From NCBI GenBank assembly GCA_965221485.1, contig OZ244893.1, forward strand, positions 3,762,641 to 3,826,640: a stretch of DNA of 64,000 nucleotides, read 5' to 3'. Every line of letters begins with the position of its first letter. Position 1 is the stretch's first letter. Made by a program: the position numbers and the translations under genes. Under the pieces are notes generated by a model. It did no database searches. It saw nothing but the letters and a program-made list of their open reading frames with translations, and was not told where the DNA came from. This DNA comes from Alphaproteobacteria bacterium (GTDB lineage Bacteria > Pseudomonadota > Alphaproteobacteria > MPNO01 > UBA830). This document shows positions 20,106-29,498 of the stretch, one piece after another.

Positions 20106-20888
20106 ATGCTCAAGGCGCGAGTGATTCCCTGTCTCGACGTCAAGAATGGACGGACGGTCAAGGGAGTAAATTTCGTCGACCTCGTGGATGCAGGAGACCC
20201 TGTCGAACAGGCGAAGGTCTATGATCAGGCGGGTGCGGATGAATTGTGTTTTCTCGACATTACGGCGAGCCACGAGAACCGTGATACCATCTATGATGTT
20301 GTCAATCGCACGGCCGAACAGTGTTTCATGCCCCTCACTGTCGGCGGCGGGATCAGGGAAGTGGAGCATATCCGGAAGCTGCTTCTTGCGGGAGCTGACA
20401 AGGTGTCCATCAATACGGCGGCTGTGCGTCACCCCGAATTCGTAAGTGAAGCCGCCGAGAAGTTCGGATCCCAGTGCATCGTCGTTGCCATTGACGCCAA
20501 GGCAACGGCCCCACGGAAATGGGAAATATTTACGCATGGCGGTCGCCGGGGCACCGGAATCGACGCAGTGGAATGGGCCCGGTACATGACGGATCTGGGA
20601 GCCGGTGAAATTCTTTTGACCTCTATGGACCAGGACGGAACACGAGAGGGTTTTGATATTCCGCTGACGCGTACGATCGCGGATGAAATTTCCGTGCCTG
20701 TGATTGCGTCAGGGGGCGTGGGGGTGCTCGAACATCTCTCTGACGGCGTTCTCCGCGGCCATGCCTCAGCCGTTCTGGCGGCATCGATCTTTCATTTCGG
20801 TGACTTCACGATTGCGGAAGCGAAGGCTTGTATGGCCGACATGGGAGTGCCGGTGCGGCTCCCGGAAGCGGATACCGCGAGGAGATAG
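20106..20888 (+). CDS. hisF: Imidazole glycerol phosphate synthase cyclase subunit
   Basis: [25 protein letters not shown]. Confidence 0.98.
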   Translation: MLKARVIPCLDVKNGRTVKGVNFVDLVDAGDPVEQAKVYDQAGADELCFLDITASHENRDTIYDVVNRTAEQCFMPLTVGGGIREVEHIRKLLLAGADKVSINTAAVRHPEFVSEAAEKFGSQCIVVAIDAKATAPRKWEIFTHGGRRGTGIDAVEWARYMTDLGAGEILLTSMDQDGTREGFDIPLTRTIADEISVPVIASGGVGVLEHLSDGVLRGHASAVLAASIFHFGDFTIAEAKACMADMGVPVRLPEADTARR

Positions 20889-20889
20889 G

Positions 20890-21237
20890 ATGACGCATTC
20901 CGAGAGTTTTGGTGCAGTTGTCGAGCGGCTGCACGACGTGATTGAGGCGCGCAAGGCAGGCGACCCGTCGACGTCCTATACAGCCAGCCTGTTTGCTGAA
21001 GGAACAGCCAGGATATCAAGGAAACTCGGAGAAGAAGCGATTGAAACGGTGATTGCCTGTCTGCAGCGGGATCGTTCCGCTGTGATCGCAGAGAGTGCCG
21101 ACTTGCTGTATCATCTCCTGGTCGTCTGGTCGGATTCGGGAATCCAACCCGACGAGGTCGGCGCGGAACTGGCCCGGCGGGAAGGTGTTTCCGGGCTTCG
21201 GGAAAAGGCGGCAAGGGGGCCAGGGAATGAATTATGA
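20890..21237 (+). CDS. hisE: Phosphoribosyl-ATP pyrophosphohydrolase
   Basis: SYTASLF, KLGEEAIE, ESADLLYHL; start ATG 20890. Confidence 0.95.
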   Translation: MTHSESFGAVVERLHDVIEARKAGDPSTSYTASLFAEGTARISRKLGEEAIETVIACLQRDRSAVIAESADLLYHLLVVWSDSGIQPDEVGAELARREGVSGLREKAARGPGNEL

Positions 21238-21598
21238 TCCGGACAACCTGTTTGCGCGAATTCTCCGTGGCGAGATACCGTGTGACAAGGTGCACGAGTC
21301 CGAACATGCACTGGCCTTTCGGGATATCGCGCCGCAGGCCCCGGTTCATGTCCTGGTCATTCCCAAGGGACCCTATGTATCGTGGGACGACTTCTCAAGG
21401 AACGCATCGCCTGAGATGCAGGCCGGGTATGTTACAGCCATCGGCGACACCGCGCGCATTCTGGGTCTGGACGAGACCGGGTACCGGTTGATCGCGAATA
21501 CCGGACGTGATGGCCATCAGGAAGTCCATCATCTTCACACTCACATCCTGGGCGGGTCTCCGATGGGGCTGATGGTCCAGCGGTCGGGGGAGTCCTGA
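21227..21598 (+). CDS. HIT family nucleotide-binding protein
   Basis: NLFARILRGEIP, HHLHTHILGG histidine triad. Confidence 0.93.
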   Translation: MNYDPDNLFARILRGEIPCDKVHESEHALAFRDIAPQAPVHVLVIPKGPYVSWDDFSRNASPEMQAGYVTAIGDTARILGLDETGYRLIANTGRDGHQEVHHLHTHILGGSPMGLMVQRSGES

Positions 21599-21749
21599 GG
21601 GCTTGATCCTTGCGCCGGGATCCTGTCACCCTGCCATCCGGCCGGGTCTCCGGATCGGTTGTTCTCCGTGTCAAAAGGGATGCGGGGTCCCGACATAACA
21701 GTCGTAATCGACAACATGATTATCATGGCAACAGTAAAGGAGTATCAGC

Positions 21750-22229
21750 ATGCACGGTGACAAGGAAGTTATTCGCCATTTGAATACAGTCCTGAAAAAC
21801 GAACTGACTGCAATCAATCAGTATTTCCTGCATGCCCGGATGTTCGGCAATTGGGGGCTCGAGAAACTCAATGCCTACGAATATGGCGAGTCGGTTGACG
21901 AGATGAAACATGCCGACAGCCTGATTGAGCGGATCCTGTTTCTTGAAGGCCTGCCCAATCTGCAGGATATCGGACGGCTGCGAATTGGAGAGAGTGTCAG
22001 GGAGGCCCTGGAGTGTGATCTTGAGCTGGAACGAACGTCGCACAAGGATCTGGTTGCCGCCGTGAAGCATTGCGAGGACGTATCGGACTTTGTGTCACGC
22101 GAATTGTTTGTGGATATCATGGAATCCGAAGAGGAACATATCGATTGGCTGGAAACCCAGCTGGATCTTATTGACCGGATCGGAATCCAGAACTTCGAGC
22201 AATCCTGGATGAAATCCGACCAGGACTGA
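21750..22229 (+). CDS. bfr: Bacterioferritin
   Basis: [17 protein letters not shown] (heme Met), EEEHIDWLE ferroxidase centre. Confidence 0.97.
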   Translation: MHGDKEVIRHLNTVLKNELTAINQYFLHARMFGNWGLEKLNAYEYGESVDEMKHADSLIERILFLEGLPNLQDIGRLRIGESVREALECDLELERTSHKDLVAAVKHCEDVSDFVSRELFVDIMESEEEHIDWLETQLDLIDRIGIQNFEQSWMKSDQD

Positions 22230-22410
22230 TACCTGGCGTTCCGGCGTCTTTCTGTCGAGCCGCGCCACGGTCAGGAGACAGCGGGCTGCTGTCGTCAGGG
22301 ACCAGAGATGTGGCTTTCAGGAGGAAACAGGAGATCGGCAAAAGCATTTTGAAGCGTCACGGACGCAAGAAACGAAAATCCGTTTCGCTGATTGCGCTCG
22401 TCCGCGCCCT

Positions 22411-22501
22411 GTCATCACTCGGTTTGACCCTGCCAGGACCACACCGCCTTCGGGCCTCGTCGCCCACTGTCTGATACCGGTATTTCTGCCGCCGGGATGA
22501 C
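22411..22501. repeat. Degenerate alphaproteobacterial REP/RIME-like palindromic element
   Basis: Bounded by GTCATC...GATGAC, with internal GGTTTGACC and CCGG...CCGGGATGAC motifs. Confidence 0.4.
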
Positions 22502-22542
22502 TATGCTGATTGGGGTTCCCTGAAACCGTGATCGTTGCGCCT

Positions 22543-22560
22543 ACAGGCCTTCGGGCCTGT
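22543..22560. terminator. Hairpin between convergent bfr and bfd
   Basis: ACAGGCC-TTCG-GGCCTGT perfect stem with a cUUCGg loop. Confidence 0.55.
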
Positions 22561-22571
22561 TATCTCGCATC

Positions 22572-22766
22572 CTATTGTCGGCTGAGCGCATTCTGATCGG
22601 CGCCGACAGTCTCTTCGTCGAGAATTTCCTGGATAAGTTCGGCGCAAATCAGACAGACAGGTTCGCAATTGCAGGCTTCGTGAACACGATCCACATCCCT
22701 GACACCGTTGCGGGCAAGGTTTCGGATTTCATGTTCCGTGATGGCGTTGCAAATACAGACATACAT
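22572..22766 (-). CDS. bfd: Bacterioferritin-associated ferredoxin
   Basis: MYVCICNAI...CLIC four-Cys [2Fe-2S] pattern; start ATG 22766. Confidence 0.9.
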   Translation of the reverse strand: MYVCICNAITEHEIRNLARNGVRDVDRVHEACNCEPVCLICAELIQEILDEETVGADQNALSRQ

Positions 22767-22783
22767 GGAGCCACAGGACCACG

Positions 22784-22802
22784 ATTGCGAATGATTGTCA
22801 AT
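22784..22802. promoter_or_regulatory. Fur-type iron box upstream of bfd
   Basis: 19-bp imperfect palindrome ATTGCGAAT-G-ATTGTCAAT just upstream of bfd. Confidence 0.65.
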
Positions 22803-22992
22803 TGCATGGTAGGCCGTTTGGCGGGACGCAACAAGATCTGTCATGAGTTTTTTGATGTGTCAGGCCTGCTCTGCTGTCTGTGCCAGCCAGATTGCAAAAG
22901 ACCGTTTGGAGCCGATCCGGGAATCGGGCATAATCTGTGGCAGAGCCTGACGAGCGCACTTCGGATACATGTGAAGGAACAGGAGACGGAAC

Positions 22993-23931
22993 ATGAGGAA
23001 ACTGGTGCTCGAGACCACAGCGCCATTTCAGGGTTTGGCGGAACTGGTGGCCTATCAAGAGGGACTGTTTGAAAAGCACGGACTCTCGGTTGAGTGGGTC
23101 GATCGAGATGCGGGTACGTCGCCGACGCTACGCACGGACATTTCGGATCCGGAGGGCCTTGATCCCCACTCAAGTCATGGCAGACTGTTCGAACAGGGTC
23201 GCGCCGATATGTACAACGCCTGCGAATGGGGCAACTATTGCCGGGTTCAGGACAGTGCGGTCGATGCAGGACGCCAGGTCGGGCGGCGAGCGATTGTGAC
23301 TTATGCGGGTCTTGTGGTTCGTCCGGAGTCTCCGGTCTACACACCTCAGCAGCTGGCGAACCGACTGGTGGGAGTCCCGTTTTATTTCGGAACCCACTAT
23401 CTGGCCCTTCACATGCTTGAGGGTTTCCTGTCACGCGAGGAAATCAGGCTTTGCAGCGCACCCAACGGTTCACGAGGCCGGCTTGACGCGATGATGTCGG
23501 GAGAAATCGAGGCCACGACCCTGACCGAACCATATCTTTCCCTGGCCGAGAAGAAGGGCTGCCGGATCGTGTGTTCGTCTTTCTATCATGGCACGGAAGT
23601 GGCGTCCGAGGCGGTCGATACCGAGAGCTACACAGCTTTCAACCGGGCCGTGTGCGAAGCCGTACGCCTGATCAATTCCGACAAACGGACCTACATGCAG
23701 TACTTTATCGACTACCACGCCAGGAAAGATCCGGAAATTGCAAGCTTGACCGTCGATGATCTTCGGGAAAGCCGGATTGTGGTTGTCGATCCGGCGCCAA
23801 TTCCGGATGAGGAACTGGAACGGACAGCAAACTGGATCAAGAGTTGGGGCATGCTCCGGAGCACGGACGAAGCGACGGAACTTGTCAACATGCAGATCCA
23901 GAAAGGGGCCCACCCGATTGCGGCCCAATAG
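22993..23931 (+). CDS. NMT1/SsuA-fold protein lacking a signal peptide
   Basis: VAYQEGLFEKHGLSVEW, QLANRLVGV, GEIEATTLTEP periplasmic-binding-fold motifs; RBS AGGAG; in-frame TGA at 22972. Confidence 0.75.
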   Translation: MRKLVLETTAPFQGLAELVAYQEGLFEKHGLSVEWVDRDAGTSPTLRTDISDPEGLDPHSSHGRLFEQGRADMYNACEWGNYCRVQDSAVDAGRQVGRRAIVTYAGLVVRPESPVYTPQQLANRLVGVPFYFGTHYLALHMLEGFLSREEIRLCSAPNGSRGRLDAMMSGEIEATTLTEPYLSLAEKKGCRIVCSSFYHGTEVASEAVDTESYTAFNRAVCEAVRLINSDKRTYMQYFIDYHARKDPEIASLTVDDLRESRIVVVDPAPIPDEELERTANWIKSWGMLRSTDEATELVNMQIQKGAHPIAAQ

Positions 23932-23952
23932 GCCCGACCAAGGCGGGTCGGC

Positions 23953-24705
23953 TCAGCGCCGGCCCGCGTAATATTCCACCCGCCGCTCCAGCCGCGCCAC
24001 TGCGTCCTGGAGGACGTAGGCAATGCAGAACAGGGTGATCACGAGCGCCCAGAAGGGTTCGATCAGGAAGTTCTGCACGTAGAACTCGAAGATTTCACCG
24101 AACCCCAGAAGCGCCGCAATCAGTTGGCCAATCACGACGCCCTTGGTCGCGCGAATGACGCCTAAGCGGAACCCGGCGAGAATCTCCGGCAGTGCGGCCA
24201 GAAGCAGGACCTTGCGCCAGATCTGCATTCGCGTCGCGCCAAAGGACCATGCCATCTCGACCAGGGTCTGGTTGGCCCGGCGCACGCCGGCTTCCGTATC
24301 GATGACAATGATGAACACTGCGAACAGGAACACAGTCACGATGACAGTCGTCTGGCCGATGCCGAGAAGCGGAATGAGCGCAGGCACCAGCGCGGTCAAT
24401 GGTGCACTGATCATGATGTTGACCCAGATCCCGATCAATCGTTCTGCTGCACGGGATACGCCCATCACCACTCCGACGGGAATCCCGATCACGAGCGCTG
24501 CACCAAGCCCGATGAACCATGCCTCACCTGTAACATACAGGGCGTTCAGGAATTCTTGTGACGACAGAACCGAAAACAGGGACAGAACCACGCGGTGGAA
24601 GGGCGGAAAGATGTCAACCGCACCCGTGAGTCCGACGATTTCCCACAGGCCGGCCCAGAGCAGGAGCGAAACGGAAGCCGGGAGTTTCAGGATGAACGAG
24701 AACAT
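23953..24705 (-). CDS. ABC transporter permease (nitrate/sulfonate family)
   Basis: TM helices, EAA-like loop LVEMAWSFGA...LAALPEILAGFR. Confidence 0.9.
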   Translation of the reverse strand: MFSFILKLPASVSLLLWAGLWEIVGLTGAVDIFPPFHRVVLSLFSVLSSQEFLNALYVTGEAWFIGLGAALVIGIPVGVVMGVSRAAERLIGIWVNIMISAPLTALVPALIPLLGIGQTTVIVTVFLFAVFIIVIDTEAGVRRANQTLVEMAWSFGATRMQIWRKVLLLAALPEILAGFRLGVIRATKGVVIGQLIAALLGFGEIFEFYVQNFLIEPFWALVITLFCIAYVLQDAVARLERRVEYYAGRR

Positions 24706-24723
24706 GACAGACGGGCAGCACCC

Positions 24724-25485
24724 TCAATCCAGATACTGTTTGAGGGTCTGCCAGATATCCTCGACCGCATCGAGATAAAGGGGATCCCGGCGGATCAATT
24801 CCGGATCACCGTTACGGTCGATACCGGTTCGAACAACTCTTTGCACCTTGCCCGGGCGTCGGGTCATGATCGCAATCTGGTCTGACAGATAAACGGCTTC
24901 CTCGATACTGTGAGTCACGAAGATCACGGTCTTGCGTTCGACGGCCAGAAGCGCGAGCAGGTCTTCCTGGAGTTTTCGGCGCATCTGCTCGTCAACGGCT
25001 GAAAACGGTTCATCCATCAACAGGATATCGGCATCAACACTGAGCGCGCGGGCGAGACCGCAGCGCTGACGCATACCGCCGGACAATTCGTGGGGATGAC
25101 GATCTTCAAAACCGGAGAGGCCTACCTCGTCGATATATTTCCTGGCAATGGTCTCCCGTTCCTCTCTGGCGACACCACGCAGTTCAAGGCCAAAGGCAAC
25201 ATTGCGGAGAACGGTTGCCCAGGGCAAGAGCGCAAAATCCTGGAACACAAAGGCGCGTTCTGGCCCCGGACCGGTAACCTGTTGACCATGAACGAGAATA
25301 TCTCCCTCCAACGGCGTGATAAGGCCGGCAATAATCTTGAGCAGTGTGGTCTTGCCGCAACCGCTGGGGCCCAGAAGGGTTGTCAGTTCACCGGGCGAGA
25401 CTGTCAGTTCCACGCCCTTCAACGCCTCGACGGGACCGGGATAGGTCATTCCGACATTACTGACGTGAATCCCCTGGTCAGGCAT
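24724..25485 (-). CDS. ABC transporter ATP-binding protein (TauB/SsuB type)
   Basis: GPSGCGKTT, LSGGMRQR, LLMDEPF, VTH. Confidence 0.95.
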   Translation of the reverse strand: MPDQGIHVSNVGMTYPGPVEALKGVELTVSPGELTTLLGPSGCGKTTLLKIIAGLITPLEGDILVHGQQVTGPGPERAFVFQDFALLPWATVLRNVAFGLELRGVAREERETIARKYIDEVGLSGFEDRHPHELSGGMRQRCGLARALSVDADILLMDEPFSAVDEQMRRKLQEDLLALLAVERKTVIFVTHSIEEAVYLSDQIAIMTRRPGKVQRVVRTGIDRNGDPELIRRDPLYLDAVEDIWQTLKQYLD

Positions 25486-25491
25486 GAATGG

Positions 25492-26259
25492 CTATTCCTC
25501 GGCGACCGGCGCGATGGCGCCAAAGATGCGGACCTCGATCATCTTGAGCATTGAGAGCGATATCGTGGACAGGATGATGATGGACGCGATGGCTGCATAC
25601 ATCCGCGCAAATTCGAGAGTGGAACTGTTATAGGTAATGAGGTCGCCGATGCCGGTCGGTGTGATCAGGATTTCGGCAAGGACGATGCCCAGAAACCCTC
25701 CCGACACGCCAAGCCGCAAGCCTGCAAAGATGATCGGGCTGGCCTGGGGCAGAATGACTTTCTGGATTTCCTGTCGCCGGGTCCCGAGAAAGGATCGGCA
25801 CATTTGCAGCAATGAAGGATCGACATGCCGCACGCCCTTGTAGCAGTTGAGCACCACCAGCGGGGCGCTCAGCAACACGACTGAAACGACCTTTGCGGCG
25901 ACTCCGATTCCGTATATGTAGGTGATAATCGGGATTACAGCTGCGAGCGGTGCCGTCTGCATAATGACAAAGAAGGGCAGCAACAGCCATTCGGCACTGC
26001 GTGACAGTCCCATCAGGACCCCTGCCAGCACCCCGCCAACACTGATAATGGCAAGGCCGATCAGCAGGGGTGGCAGGGTGGATGCGTAGCCCTTGGCCAG
26101 ACTGCCGTCGACGATCATGTCGCCAAGAGCGACGGTTGTGGCAGAAAAGCTCGGAAATGCGGGACTGATGGGCCAGCGGGCGAGAATTTCCCAGAAGCCG
26201 AATACGATCACGAATGACGACAGCCGCCACAACCAGCGGCGAAGCCCGGCGTGACTCAC
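25492..26259 (-). CDS. ABC transporter permease (nitrate/sulfonate family)
   Basis: TM helices, LLQMCRSFLG...LPQASPIIFAGLRLG. Confidence 0.9.
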   Translation of the reverse strand: MSHAGLRRWLWRLSSFVIVFGFWEILARWPISPAFPSFSATTVALGDMIVDGSLAKGYASTLPPLLIGLAIISVGGVLAGVLMGLSRSAEWLLLPFFVIMQTAPLAAVIPIITYIYGIGVAAKVVSVVLLSAPLVVLNCYKGVRHVDPSLLQMCRSFLGTRRQEIQKVILPQASPIIFAGLRLGVSGGFLGIVLAEILITPTGIGDLITYNSSTLEFARMYAAIASIIILSTISLSMLKMIEVRIFGAIAPVAEE

Positions 26260-26313
26260 GCTTCCGCTCTTATGGGAAGCCGCGGGAGTTGCAGGCCGGG
26301 TTCTCGAGGTCGG

Positions 26314-27291
26314 CTAGTTTCCGACGGCCTTGCGCGCAGCATCGAGGAGCGTGAAATCCCAGTAATCATTTACCTTGAGCGAAGCCGGATCACCGGTGAG
26401 ATCACCCGAAGAGGTATAGAACTGAAAATCCGCCTGCACGGCCTCGGGAGTGCCGCCGCTGTTCGGGTAGAGACCGTTCCCGACCGCGACTTCATAAAAC
26501 GAGCGAATGCCGGCTCTCTGGTCCTGAGGCAGTCGCGACATCAGGTTGAGACGCTTTTGTTCGGCGACCATGAATTCCGGATTCGCGTTGGTGCCGCGGA
26601 TCACCTTGAGGAGTTCTTCGATGAGAACCTGAAGATCCTTGCTCCGGCTCGCAATGAATTCTGTTTTGGCAAAAACTGCGGAATCACTGGCCGACGCGTC
26701 TCCGGCGGGAAGCACGGAGAACTTGCCTGGCGCCTTTTTCATGATGTACTGAACGGCAGGAATATTCACGTAAGTGGCGACAATGGTTCCGCGCAGCAAC
26801 GCGTTGGCCCGCACCATGGAGCCTGGGACAAATGCGACCGAACTGAACTTTATTCCGTGCGCAGCTGCCATTTGGTGCGCCAAGACCTCGGTCCCCGATC
26901 CGCGTGCGTGGACCACGAAATCCTTGCCGTCGAGGTCGGACCAGGACTTGATCCTGTCCGCCGCCACCACCGGAAAGTAGGCCAGCATGCGAAGCTGGAA
27001 AATGTGCCGGGCAGGGATCCCGAGTTTCTGGATCAGACGATAGGCGTTGCTGCCGAAAACGAGATCGATTTCGTTGCTGAGAAACGCCTGTTTGACAATA
27101 TCATCCGACTTGAGATGCTGGACCTTGATATCAACACCCCGTTCGCCGGCCCGGGCCACCGCGGCGGCTTCGATCAGTTTCTCTATCTGCATCGTACCCG
27201 CATCGCCGACCCTGATTGTCTGGGCCATGGCATTGCCGGTTGCGAACAACACCAGACAGCCCATAGCAATGATTTTCATGCCTGCCTTCAT
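26314..27291 (-). CDS. ABC transporter substrate-binding protein (NMT1/SsuA family)
   Basis: Signal peptide ending AMA-Q, DLDGK...GSGT; start ATG 27291. Confidence 0.85.
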   Translation of the reverse strand: MKAGMKIIAMGCLVLFATGNAMAQTIRVGDAGTMQIEKLIEAAAVARAGERGVDIKVQHLKSDDIVKQAFLSNEIDLVFGSNAYRLIQKLGIPARHIFQLRMLAYFPVVAADRIKSWSDLDGKDFVVHARGSGTEVLAHQMAAAHGIKFSSVAFVPGSMVRANALLRGTIVATYVNIPAVQYIMKKAPGKFSVLPAGDASASDSAVFAKTEFIASRSKDLQVLIEELLKVIRGTNANPEFMVAEQKRLNLMSRLPQDQRAGIRSFYEVAVGNGLYPNSGGTPEAVQADFQFYTSSGDLTGDPASLKVNDYWDFTLLDAARKAVGN

Positions 27292-28037
27292 GGAACGTCT
27301 CCCCGGAAGTTGGTTGGTTCTGAGTTTTCGGATCCCGATGTGAGGTGAATGGTCCATCCTGATCCTGAACATGCAGGAAAAGCTACCACAATAGCTGTCG
27401 GCATGCACAGGTCGGCCTCCGTGTGGCGTTGGCCGAAAGACATGCCGTCGTCGCGGATTCGGCAGTTCGGGTCATGGCAAAACAATGGGGAGTGGCTTCA
27501 CGAAGCACCCGGACCCAGCCGATTCTCCCTCACGACGTCCACGTCTTCCGGCGCGCTTCGGGAAAACGCTCCCGAATCTGTATCCATCGCCGTATCTGTG
27601 GACACGGAGGAGCCTTGCCGCACGGGTTCCGTCCCGAGACGCTGCAGAACCGTCACTGGCCAGGCACAGGTCCCGTCCCCGGATTGGTGCCCCATATTAC
27701 CTTGGCCCCGGCAATTGCCGGCACACAGGTCCCTTGCCCAAACCTGAAGTCAACCCGCAGGGAACGCTGAGGCGTCCACCATTCGATGACACGCTCATTG
27801 TCGCAAGAATATTGCAACCCGGAACCCGGAAGACAAAACAGCGAACCCTGCAACACGTCTAGGGCAGCAGTTATGAGGCTTCGGAGTCAAAGACCACGGC
27901 AAGAGTGTTCCGTCGATCTGTTGTGCACCGGCCCTGAGCGCGTAGGGGTTTCCTCGGCACGCGATAACGTCAGGGACTGTTCACGAGAAGATTTTCGGGC
28001 CGCGCCATAGCCGGACCGGGCAGGGCCTTTCATCGGC

Positions 28038-29498
28038 TCAGGAAGAGAGAATTGTCGGAGGCACAGGCGTGGCGCCGGGTGTTCCGGTTCCGAGAGCCTG
28101 TTCGGGGCCACCAAACCGGGCCACCAGTTCGTTCTGGTCGTTCTTGGCCGCGCGGTCCGTTGCTTCAGGATCACAGATCGCTCTCAACTGCTGGTCAAGG
28201 TCTTCGAGAAGACCTGCGTATTCGGGGTCTTGCGATCGGTTTTGGCGTTCCCCCGGATCAAGGTCGAGATCGAACAGTTCCGGTTCATAGTCGACATAGT
28301 GGATGAGCTTTGCTGATCCTCGGCGAACCATAAACGCGGCACTCGGAGACCCTGCGGCGTGATACTCGCTGAAAACGACCCGGTCCGGGTCCTCACCAGA
28401 ATTGGCCAATTGAATCCATGAAGCACCCGGCAGATCGTATTCCTGTTCTTCCCTGTCAAGTCCGACAGCGTCAAGAATTGTCTGATAACTGTCGATCAGC
28501 GATACCGGTGTCCTGCAGACAGTGTTTTCCGGGATGTCATCGCCAGCGATAATCAGCGGAACCCGGGCGGCCTCCTCATACATGTTTGATTTCCCCCAAA
28601 GGCCGCGAGCGCCAACATTGTCACCATGATCACTCGTATAGATCACCCGGGTTGTCTTCGCGAGCCCCGAGGCGTCGAGTGCCTCAAGGACCTCCCCGAT
28701 CAATTCGTCCACGAAACTGCACAGACCGAAATAGGCCGCGGTTGCCATCCGCCTTTCTTCGGATGTCAGTTTGCGATCCACCTGCTGAAAGTCGTCCATG
28801 CGCTGCAGCCAGGGATGACGGACATGTCCTGCATCGGGATGGAGCCTGGGCTCCGGAATGTCCTCCAGCGGATACAGATCGTAATAGGGCTGTGGGACAG
28901 TGAGTGGAAAGTGGGGTGCCACGAAACCCAGATACAACACCCAGGGCCTTTCGTCTTTACGATCCGCAGCTTCGGCAATCCAGCGCCTGGCCTCCTCGGC
29001 GATCTTGCGATCGTAGCGGTTGTAACTGGACAGACCGGGCCCGATCTTGCCAAGCATTCCACCCCCCTGCTGCTGTCGCTGTTCAGGCAATGGATCCCGT
29101 ACCGATCCCCAGACCTGTCCGATTCCGCCCATCACATGCATTGGCTGCAGCTCCCGGGAGAAACCCGTATTTCGACCATCTCCGCGGTAATGAAGCTTGC
29201 CTATGGACTCCACGCCAAGTCCTTCATCCTGCAACCGGTGGCCCCAGCTCCTGACAGTGCCGTCATAAGGCATCGCATTGTCCCAGAACCGGGTCTCATG
29301 CGTATAGCGGCCCGTGGCAAATGCGGCCCGAGCCGGAATGCATATCGGCGAGTTGGTGTAGGCAGAGGAAAATCGGGTTCCACGCTCGGCAAGTCTGTCC
29401 AGATTCGGTGTTCTGACCAGCGGGTGGTTGTCACAGCCAAGCATCGCAGCGTTATGCTCATCGGACATGATGTAGAGGAGATTGCGTGGCGTAGCCAT
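28038..29498 (-). CDS. Cys-type sulfatase (choline-sulfatase-like)
   Basis: SDEH, CIPARAAFATG (CxPxR), GKLH, SDHG, GKSNMYE. Confidence 0.93.
   Translation of the reverse strand: MATPRNLLYIMSDEHNAAMLGCDNHPLVRTPNLDRLAERGTRFSSAYTNSPICIPARAAFATGRYTHETRFWDNAMPYDGTVRSWGHRLQDEGLGVESIGKLHYRGDGRNTGFSRELQPMHVMGGIGQVWGSVRDPLPEQRQQQGGGMLGKIGPGLSSYNRYDRKIAEEARRWIAEAADRKDERPWVLYLGFVAPHFPLTVPQPYYDLYPLEDIPEPRLHPDAGHVRHPWLQRMDDFQQVDRKLTSEERRMATAAYFGLCSFVDELIGEVLEALDASGLAKTTRVIYTSDHGDNVGARGLWGKSNMYEEAARVPLIIAGDDIPENTVCRTPVSLIDSYQTILDAVGLDREEQEYDLPGASWIQLANSGEDPDRVVFSEYHAAGSPSAAFMVRRGSAKLIHYVDYEPELFDLDLDPGERQNRSQDPEYAGLLEDLDQQLRAICDPEATDRAAKNDQNELVARFGGPEQALGTGTPGATPVPPTILSS

Noticed and set aside
27292..28037. 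Repeated CACAGGTC (about 27406, 27665, 27724) as an array
   Set aside because: The motif is short and irregularly spaced, compatible with chance.
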